64,000 nt of DNA from assembly GCA_018334165.1 (NCBI GenBank), contig JAGXTB010000247.1, forward strand, positions 3,690-67,689. Direction: 5' to 3'. The number at the start of each line of letters is the position of its first letter. Positions within the stretch are counted from its first letter, which is position 1. The translations under genes were made by a program, and so were the position numbers. This stretch comes from Sphingomonadales bacterium (GTDB lineage Bacteria > Pseudomonadota > Alphaproteobacteria > Sphingomonadales > Sphingomonadaceae). Below are positions 57,914 through 64,000 of this stretch, one piece after another. Below the pieces are notes generated by a model. It did no database searches and had not been told where the DNA came from. It worked only from the letters and a program-made list of their open reading frames with translations.

Positions 57914-57934
57914 ATTTCCACAGGTTTATCCACT
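57914..57934. promoter_or_regulatory. Two DnaA-box-like 9-mers upstream of mipZ
   Basis: ATTTCCACA (57914..57922) and TTATCCACT (57926..57934; 8/9 to TTATCCACA). A GANTC site is at 57908..57912. Confidence 0.4.
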
Positions 57935-57999
57935 AACCTCGGTTCCTTGGGCGATTCGCGCACGGACAAAAAGAGGCGCGGAAACAAGGGATCGGGCGC

Positions 58000-58935
58000 A
58001 TGAACGTTGTCACGCCGATAGGGGAATTTGCCAGCCGCCGCGACTTGGCTGTGGATGGCGAACATCCGCGCAACGTGATCGCCGATATTGCCTCGCGGCC
58101 GCGCGGCCTGGCCAAGATCATCACCGTTGCCAACGAAAAGGGCGGGGTCGGCAAGTCGACCGTGGCGTTTCATCTGGCCGTGGCGCTCGCCGATACCGGG
58201 CACAAGGTTCTGGCGATCGACCTGGACCGCCGCCAGCAGACCCTCACCCGCACGCTGACCGCGCGCGGCGGCACCGCCAAGCGGCTGGGGGTGCGTCTGC
58301 CGCTGCCCCGGCATCTGGTGCTGCAGCAGCAGTCGGGCGCGCAGCTATGCCAGGAGATCGCCCGGGCCGGGTGGGACTGCGATTTTGTGGTGATTGATGC
58401 CGCCGGGCACGATTCGCCGATTGCCCGCCGCGCGATTGCGCTGGCTGACCTCTTGGTCTCGCCGGTCAATTCCAGCTTTGCCGACCTTGACCTGCTCGGC
58501 CGGTTCCACCCGGTTACCAACAAGCTGCTGGGTCCGGGGTGTTTCTCGGCGATGGTCACCGAATTGCGCAGTGCCCGCGCCGAAGCCGGGCTGCCTGCGC
58601 TGGACTGGCTGGTGCTGCAGAACCGCAAGCGCCGCGAAACCAGCAAGAACCAGGACCGCGTCGATGCTGCGCTGCGGCGGCTGGCCCCGCGGCTTGATTT
58701 CCGCCTTGGTGCAGGGCTGTTCGAACGGGTTGCCTACCGCGAGCTGTTCCTGCTGGGGCTGACCCACATCGACCTCAAGCGGATCCCCGAACTCGCGCGG
58801 ACCAAGACCGTTGCGACTGGAGAGGTTTCGGCACTGCTCGATGATCTGGCGATCGACAGCGAAGCCGACAGCCTGCTGCATGCCTCGGTTCTGGGGACCG
58901 GGGCAGGTTGGGCCCGGTCAACGGTTCCTGCTTAG
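58000..58935 (+). CDS. mipZ: MipZ-type ParA-family division-site positioning ATPase
   Basis: ITVANEKGGVGKSTVAFHLAVALADTGHKVLAIDLDRRQQTLT resembles MipZ. The N-terminal ~45 aa extension is uncertain; a possible GTG start is at 58075. Confidence 0.75.
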   Translation: MNVVTPIGEFASRRDLAVDGEHPRNVIADIASRPRGLAKIITVANEKGGVGKSTVAFHLAVALADTGHKVLAIDLDRRQQTLTRTLTARGGTAKRLGVRLPLPRHLVLQQQSGAQLCQEIARAGWDCDFVVIDAAGHDSPIARRAIALADLLVSPVNSSFADLDLLGRFHPVTNKLLGPGCFSAMVTELRSARAEAGLPALDWLVLQNRKRRETSKNQDRVDAALRRLAPRLDFRLGAGLFERVAYRELFLLGLTHIDLKRIPELARTKTVATGEVSALLDDLAIDSEADSLLHASVLGTGAGWARSTVPA

Positions 58936-59738
58936 TCTTCCCAGCGCGGAAAGCGCTCAAGCGGGCTTTGTCCGTCGAGGAATTTGCGCGGCAAGGTGTC
59001 AGTCAGGGCCTTGAAATCCCGAATGAAATGCGACTGGTCCGAATAGCCGCAGTCGAGCGCGATCGCGGTCCACGAAGCACCCGGAACCAGTTCCTTGAGG
59101 TGCACCGCATGCGCCACCCGGCAGATCCGGGCGTAATGTTTGGGGTTGAGTCCAGTCAGCTGCTGGAAGCGGCGCTGGAACTGGCGCAGCGACAGCCCGG
59201 TCATTTCGGCCAGTTCCTGGATCGATCCGGTCCCGCGGCGCTGGCGCAGCAGCCGGGCGGCCTGGGCCACGCCGTCTTCTTCGCGCAGGTCTCCGACCAG
59301 GTTTTTGAACCAGCGATCCAGCGGTTCGGCCATGGCGGCGAAATCGTCGATCGCCTGAAGGCCTTCAAGGAAGCCTTCGGGCAGGCCGATCGGCACGAAA
59401 CTATCAACCAGATCGACCGGATCGAGCCCGAACAGCATCCCCGCCGCAGCCGGTTGCAAGCGCACGCAGATCGTGCGCAACGGGCCGTCGATGTCCATAT
59501 CATAGCGGTGGTGGGTCAAAGGCCCGAACAGCCCGGCACGCGGCACTTCGAGCCGTTCGCCGCTTTCGACGTCGATCATCGCGTGCCCGCCGTCCAGCAC
59601 GATCTGGATAAAGCAGTTGGGCCGGGCCGGAATCACCCGGCGCTGCCTGCCCTCGCGCTCGGTAATGTCAGCGCCGATATAGCCGATCAGCCAGCGGGCC
59701 AGGTCAGGATCGCCGCTGTCAACGATCGTGATCTTCAT
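58932..59738 (-). CDS. AraC family transcriptional regulator
   Basis: C-terminal helix-turn-helix region ...GYSDQSHFIRDFKALTDTLPRKF; the start chosen at 59738 abuts the purD stop. Confidence 0.8.
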   Translation of the reverse strand: MKITIVDSGDPDLARWLIGYIGADITEREGRQRRVIPARPNCFIQIVLDGGHAMIDVESGERLEVPRAGLFGPLTHHRYDMDIDGPLRTICVRLQPAAAGMLFGLDPVDLVDSFVPIGLPEGFLEGLQAIDDFAAMAEPLDRWFKNLVGDLREEDGVAQAARLLRQRRGTGSIQELAEMTGLSLRQFQRRFQQLTGLNPKHYARICRVAHAVHLKELVPGASWTAIALDCGYSDQSHFIRDFKALTDTLPRKFLDGQSPLERFPRWED

Positions 59739-61018
59739 TACCCCTCGCGCTCCCGCATCACTTCGCGCCAGCCGATATCGCGGCGACAAAAGCCGTCGTC
59801 GAACCGAATGGCGGCCACCGCATCATAGGCCGAGGCCTGAGCTGCGGTGACGTTCCTCCCAAGTGCAGTGACGTTTAGCACACGTCCGCCATTTGCCACC
59901 AGTTTTCCTTGGTCCAGCACGGTTCCGGCGTGGAACACTTTCGCGCCCCTGGCCTCTGCCGCATCGAGCCCGGCAATCGCCCCGCCCTTGACCGGGCTGT
60001 CGGGATAGCCTTTGGCGGCCACGACCACGGTGAGTGCGGTATCCCGGGACAGGCGCGGCACCGGCCGGGTCGCCAGCCGCCCTTCGGCCACCGCCAGCAG
60101 CAGCTCGCCCAGATCGTCCTCCAGCCGCAGCATCAGCACCTGGCATTCGGGATCGCCGAAACGGGCATTGTATTCGATCAGCTTGACCCCCTGCGGGGTC
60201 AGCATCAATCCGGCATAGAGCACGCCCGAATAGGGCATGCCTTCCTCGGCCATGGCCCGCACTGTTGGAACCACGATCCGTTCCAGCGCCTCGCCCTCAA
60301 GCAGCGCGGTCAACACCGGTGCTGGACTGTAGGCGCCCATCCCGCCGGTGTTGGGCCCCACATCGCCGTCGCCGACCCGCTTGTGGTCCTGGGCCGATCC
60401 GAAGGGGACCACGGTGTGCCCGTCGGTCAGGGCAAAGAAGCTCGCCTCTTCGCCCTCCATGAATTCCTCGATCACCACTTCGGCCCCGGCCGCGCCGAAC
60501 TTGCCCGAAAAGATCTCTGCGATCGCCTCCTCGGCCTCGGCGCGGGTCATGGCGACGGTCACACCTTTGCCCGCTGCCAGGCCATCGGCCTTGATCACCA
60601 CCGGAATGGTGAAGCTGTCCAGGTGGAGTAACGCTTGTGTGCTATCGGTGGCACGTTTGAAGGCTGCCGTGGGGATATTGTATCGCGCGCAAAGCTCCTT
60701 GGTGAAGGCTTTGGAGCCCTCCAGTTGCGCGGCTTCCTTACTGGGGCCGAAGACCGGTACGCCAACTCCGCGCAAACTGTCGGCCAGCCCGTCAACCAAT
60801 GGCGCTTCGGGGCCGATCACCACCAGGCCGATGCGCTGCGCCTCGCAGAAGTGCAGCACTGCCGCGTGGTCGGTCACGTCGAGCGTCACCAGCTCGGCAT
60901 GCTCGGCAATCCCCGGGTTTCCGGGGCTGGCGAACAATTGCCCGCAGATCCGGGATTGCGCGAGCTTCCATGCCAGCGCATGTTCGCGCCCGCCCGATCC
61001 CAGCAGCAGGATATTCAT
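59738..61018 (-). CDS. purD: Phosphoribosylamine-glycine ligase
   Basis: [23 protein letters not shown]-terminus; 426 aa. Confidence 0.96.
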   Translation of the reverse strand: MNILLLGSGGREHALAWKLAQSRICGQLFASPGNPGIAEHAELVTLDVTDHAAVLHFCEAQRIGLVVIGPEAPLVDGLADSLRGVGVPVFGPSKEAAQLEGSKAFTKELCARYNIPTAAFKRATDSTQALLHLDSFTIPVVIKADGLAAGKGVTVAMTRAEAEEAIAEIFSGKFGAAGAEVVIEEFMEGEEASFFALTDGHTVVPFGSAQDHKRVGDGDVGPNTGGMGAYSPAPVLTALLEGEALERIVVPTVRAMAEEGMPYSGVLYAGLMLTPQGVKLIEYNARFGDPECQVLMLRLEDDLGELLLAVAEGRLATRPVPRLSRDTALTVVVAAKGYPDSPVKGGAIAGLDAAEARGAKVFHAGTVLDQGKLVANGGRVLNVTALGRNVTAAQASAYDAVAAIRFDDGFCRRDIGWREVMREREG

Positions 61019-62408
61019 GCCCTTTTCGCCTTACCCAGATGATGAACCCGCCGGGCTGGTAGCGAAGGAAGCGGCCGGGGACAACGCCGCTGCGCTCTCG
61101 GTCAGCGAGATTTCCGCCGCGCTCAAACGGATGGTCGAGGACCGCTTTGGGTTCGTGCGGGTTCGCGGCGAGCTTTCGGGCGTCAAACGCGCCGCATCGG
61201 GCCACCTTTACCTGGCGCTCAAGGACGAGAATGCGCGGCTTGACGCGGTGATGTGGCGCGGCACGGTGCAGCGCCTGAACTTCCAGCCCGAGGACGGGCT
61301 GGAAGTGATCGCCACTGGCAAACTGACCACTTATCCTGGCCGCTCGAACTACCAGCTGGTGGTTGAGCGGATGGAAGTGGCGGGCGAGGGTGCGCTGCTG
61401 GCCTTGCTGGCCAAGACCAAGGCCCGGCTTGAGGCCGAGGGCCTGTTCGATCGCGACCGCAAGCGGCCCTTGCCGTTCCTGCCGCGCGTGATCGGGGTGG
61501 TCACTTCGCCCACCGGCGCGGTGATCCGCGATATCCTTCACCGCCTGGCCGACCGCTTCCCCAGCCGGGTGCTGGTCTGGCCGGTGCTGGTCCAGGGTCC
61601 GGGCGCGGCCGATCAGGTCGCCGCAGCGGTGCGCGGGTTCTCGGCGATGCAGGGGGCTGACCGGCCCGATCTGGTGATCGTCGCGCGCGGGGGTGGGTCG
61701 ATCGAGGACCTGTGGGCTTTCAACGAAGAAGTCGTGGTCCGCGCGATCGCGGCCAGCACTGTGCCGGTAATCTCTGCGGTAGGGCACGAGACCGACACTA
61801 CGCTGGCTGACTTTGCCGCCGATCTGCGGGCCCCCACCCCCACCGCCGCTGCCGAGATCGCAGTCCCGGTGCGCGAGGAACTGGCCAACCAGCTGGCCGA
61901 ACTGGCGCTGCGCAAGCGCCGCGCGGTGGTCCGGCCGCTGCAACTGGGGCGCGAGCGGCTGGCCGCCCGGGCCGAACGCTTGCCCGCCCCTGCGGCGCTG
62001 CTCAGCCCCCATGCGCAAAAGCTCGACGAGCTGGCCGAGCGGCTGCGGCGCGGACTGGTGGACCGAACGCAGCTTGCCCGGGGGGAATTGCAACGCACCG
62101 CCGCGCGGCTCTCGCTGCCGCTGCTGAAAGCCCGGACCGAACAGGCGCGCGGGCGGCTCGATGGTCTGGCCCGGATCTTCGTCTCACTGGACCCCAAGCG
62201 GGTGCTGGCGCGCGGTTATGTCCAGGTTACCGGCGCGGATGGACGCACCCTGGTCTCGCGCGTCAAAGCCGCGACCGAGGCCCGGCTGACACTCCATTTC
62301 GGCGATGGCGCGCTGGAGGTGACCCCCGAAGGCGCGGCCGGCCGTGCTCCGCAAAAGCCGAAAGCCGCATCGCCGCCCAATCCCGGAGCGCAGGGTAAAT
62401 TGCTCTGA
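61017..62408 (+). CDS. xseA: Exodeoxyribonuclease VII large subunit
   Basis: The in-frame ATG at 61017 within track ORF 60348..62408. [31 protein letters not shown]-fold N-terminus and [14 protein letters not shown]. Confidence 0.9.
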   Translation: MPFSPYPDDEPAGLVAKEAAGDNAAALSVSEISAALKRMVEDRFGFVRVRGELSGVKRAASGHLYLALKDENARLDAVMWRGTVQRLNFQPEDGLEVIATGKLTTYPGRSNYQLVVERMEVAGEGALLALLAKTKARLEAEGLFDRDRKRPLPFLPRVIGVVTSPTGAVIRDILHRLADRFPSRVLVWPVLVQGPGAADQVAAAVRGFSAMQGADRPDLVIVARGGGSIEDLWAFNEEVVVRAIAASTVPVISAVGHETDTTLADFAADLRAPTPTAAAEIAVPVREELANQLAELALRKRRAVVRPLQLGRERLAARAERLPAPAALLSPHAQKLDELAERLRRGLVDRTQLARGELQRTAARLSLPLLKARTEQARGRLDGLARIFVSLDPKRVLARGYVQVTGADGRTLVSRVKAATEARLTLHFGDGALEVTPEGAAGRAPQKPKAASPPNPGAQGKLL

Positions 62409-62434
62409 AAGCAATCAGCGGCTAAAGCAGGGCC

Positions 62435-62638
62435 ATGCTGATGAATACTGCCGATCGCCCCGCCATGCTGTTTTACCAGGCCAATGGTTTTCGCGTGCTC
62501 AGCCCGGGAAGCCACGTGCTCTGCGCGGTCAGCGGTGAACCGGTGCCGCTCGAAGCGCTGCGCTATTGGAGTGTGGATCGTCAGGAGGCCTATGCCAATG
62601 CGGCATTGGCCACCCGGCGGCTGCTCGGCGAGGGCTGA
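62435..62638 (+). CDS. Small conserved hypothetical protein (DUF2093-like by recollection)
   Basis: 67 aa; AMLFYQANGFRVLSPGSHVLCAVSGEPVPLEALRYWS. Confidence 0.5.
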   Translation: MLMNTADRPAMLFYQANGFRVLSPGSHVLCAVSGEPVPLEALRYWSVDRQEAYANAALATRRLLGEG

Positions 62639-62643
62639 CTGCG

Positions 62644-63510
62644 ATGATTGACCGGCGTTTGCTGCTGGCCGGAGGCGGGGCGACAGTCGCGCTGGGGCTG
62701 TGGCGGGCGCGCAGCCAGGCGGCCGAACGGCTTGACCCGCTGGCCGATTTTGCGCTGACCGGGCGGCTTAGCCAGGGCGGCTGGGCGCGGGGACGTGCGC
62801 CGCTTGGCACGCGCCAGTTGCTGTTCAGCCGCCGCGCGGTGCAGCTTGCTCCTGATCGCAGTTTCTTCATCGCCTTTGACCGCGATTCGGGCCCACTCGG
62901 CGAGCTGGTGGCCGACTTTTCGGGCGGGGAGGCCAGCAAGGGCCAGTTCGCGATTGCCCCACGGGCCTGGCAGATCGAGCGGATTCCGCTGGGCCCCAAG
63001 CCTGGCGCCAAGCCCAATCCCGACTATGTGCGCCGCCGTGAGGCCGAAACGGCCCGGATCAAGGCTGCACGCAGTATCGATCACGCGTCCGACGGCTGGC
63101 GGCAGAAGTTCCTTTGGCCGGTCAACGGCCGGGTGTCGGGCCGGTTCGGGGCGCAGCGGATCTACAACGGGGTGCCCGGCAGCTACCATTCCGGGATGGA
63201 TATCGCCACCGGGGCCAGCGGCACGCCGTTTGTCGCGCCCGCCGACGGGGTGGTCACCCTGGCCGCAGAGAGCTCGTTCTCGCTGGAAGGCCGGCTGCTG
63301 ATGATCGACCACGGGATGGGGCTCAATAGCGCCTTCCTCCACTGTTCGGCTCATGCGGTCAAAACCGGCGATTTGGTTCGCCAGGGCCAGTACATCGGCA
63401 AAATCGGCGCGACCGGGCGGGCGACCGGCCCGCATTTGCATTGGTCGATCAAGTGGCGCGAGGCCCGGCTCGATCCACTGCTGTTTGTCGGAGCCATGCC
63501 GCAGGGTTGA
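62644..63510 (+). CDS. M23 family metallopeptidase with Tat-like signal
   Basis: Trimmed to ATG at 62644 (MIDRRLLLAGGGA); HSGMDIA and GPHLHW zinc-binding motifs. Confidence 0.88.
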   Translation: MIDRRLLLAGGGATVALGLWRARSQAAERLDPLADFALTGRLSQGGWARGRAPLGTRQLLFSRRAVQLAPDRSFFIAFDRDSGPLGELVADFSGGEASKGQFAIAPRAWQIERIPLGPKPGAKPNPDYVRRREAETARIKAARSIDHASDGWRQKFLWPVNGRVSGRFGAQRIYNGVPGSYHSGMDIATGASGTPFVAPADGVVTLAAESSFSLEGRLLMIDHGMGLNSAFLHCSAHAVKTGDLVRQGQYIGKIGATGRATGPHLHWSIKWREARLDPLLFVGAMPQG

Positions 63511-63714
63511 CCGGTGCCCCACGCGGGCTGTGACATTATAGCTACAGCGGGCGGATTTCTGGCGGAAATGGTGGACTTTGGCTTTACAGCGCCTGCCACA
63601 CGCGGCAATCGGGCCAAATCCGAAAGCTGGGCTGACGCTATGTTTGCCTGGGTTTCCGGGACAAATCGGCCAAATCCAGTGGTTTGGTCATTTCCGATCG
63701 GGGACTTGTAACAC

Positions 63715-64000
63715 ATGAAAACCTATTCGATGCTGAAGGCGAGCGCCGCACCCCTTGCTCTGGGTCTGTCGCTGGTCGCCACGCCCGCGTTCGCACAGGA
63801 CGCTGCTGCTGAAGACGAAGCTCCTGCCAAGGACATTGTCGTCACCGGTACCCTGGTGCGCAACCCCAACCTGGTTCAGGCCAACCCGGTCAATGCGACC
63901 ACTGCCGACCAGATCGAACTCAAGCAGTCGAACGTGGCTGAAGAAGTTCTCCGCGAAATCCCGGGTGTTGTCGCCAACATCGGTTCGGCCGTGAACAACG
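63715..64000 (+). CDS. TonB-dependent receptor, N-terminal fragment that runs off the window
   Basis: My hand translation from ATG at 63715 gives MKTYSMLKASAAPLALGLSLVATPAFAQD...DIVVTGTLVRNPNL...EVLREIPGV, a signal peptide followed by the start of a plug domain. Confidence 0.65.
   Translation, partial: MKTYSMLKASAAPLALGLSLVATPAFAQDAAAEDEAPAKDIVVTGTLVRNPNLVQANPVNATTADQIELKQSNVAEEVLREIPGVVANIGSAVNN

Noticed and set aside
57875-57999. The mipZ upstream region as an alternative oriC
   Set aside because: It has only two DnaA-box-like sites and no AT-rich unwinding tract. The hemE/DUF299 gap has the conserved synteny and more boxes, so this region is kept as a regulatory candidate instead.
1-64000. 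Search for CRISPR arrays, tRNA/rRNA genes, integrases, transposases and prophage blocks
   Set aside because: No regularly spaced direct repeats, cloverleaf-compatible sequences in intergenic gaps, or recombinase-like ORFs were seen. Absence was judged by eye only, so a tRNAscan or Rfam run would be needed to be certain.

Overview
This is a 64 kb, gene-dense, high-GC chromosomal segment; sampled 60-nt lines are about 65% GC. Gene content and order point to an alphaproteobacterium, probably Sphingomonadales-like, though that assignment is inference only. The window is origin-proximal. It carries parB-parA-rsmG-mnmG-mnmE with four parS palindromes, then rho-hemJ-hemE, a 319-bp non-coding gap with an AT-rich tract and TCCACA-core DnaA-box-like sites (putative oriC), and the conserved DUF299(ppsR-like)-maf-aroE-coaE-dnaQ block. 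The rest is mostly housekeeping: hpf-ptsN, xthA, erpA, tolC-pcm, class I fumarase, a LytS/LytTR pair, rpsI-rplM, ctaA, fused thiS-thiG, ggt, pyrD, a full suf operon, mipZ, purD, xseA and an M23 peptidase. A partial DUF4402/chaperone/usher-like pilus cluster sits at the left edge and a partial TonB-dependent receptor at the right edge. I found no rRNA, tRNA, CRISPR array, transposase or integrase. Two spots look accessory. (1) A low-GC two-gene cassette at about 10.5-11.3 kb encodes a small protein overlapping a retropepsin-like aspartic protease, next to two P-loop NTPase genes. (2) A roughly 1.75 kb insertion splits sufB from sufC and carries a low-GC orphan ORF plus two tandem DUF559 (Vsr-fold endonuclease-like) genes framed by several repeat families. 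Several families of GC-rich palindromic or MITE-like repeats are scattered through the window. Other oddities are a frameshifted S9 peptidase, an orphan terminator between divergent genes, and DnaA-box-like sites upstream of mipZ. All family names come from motif recognition by eye in the supplied translations; no database search was run.
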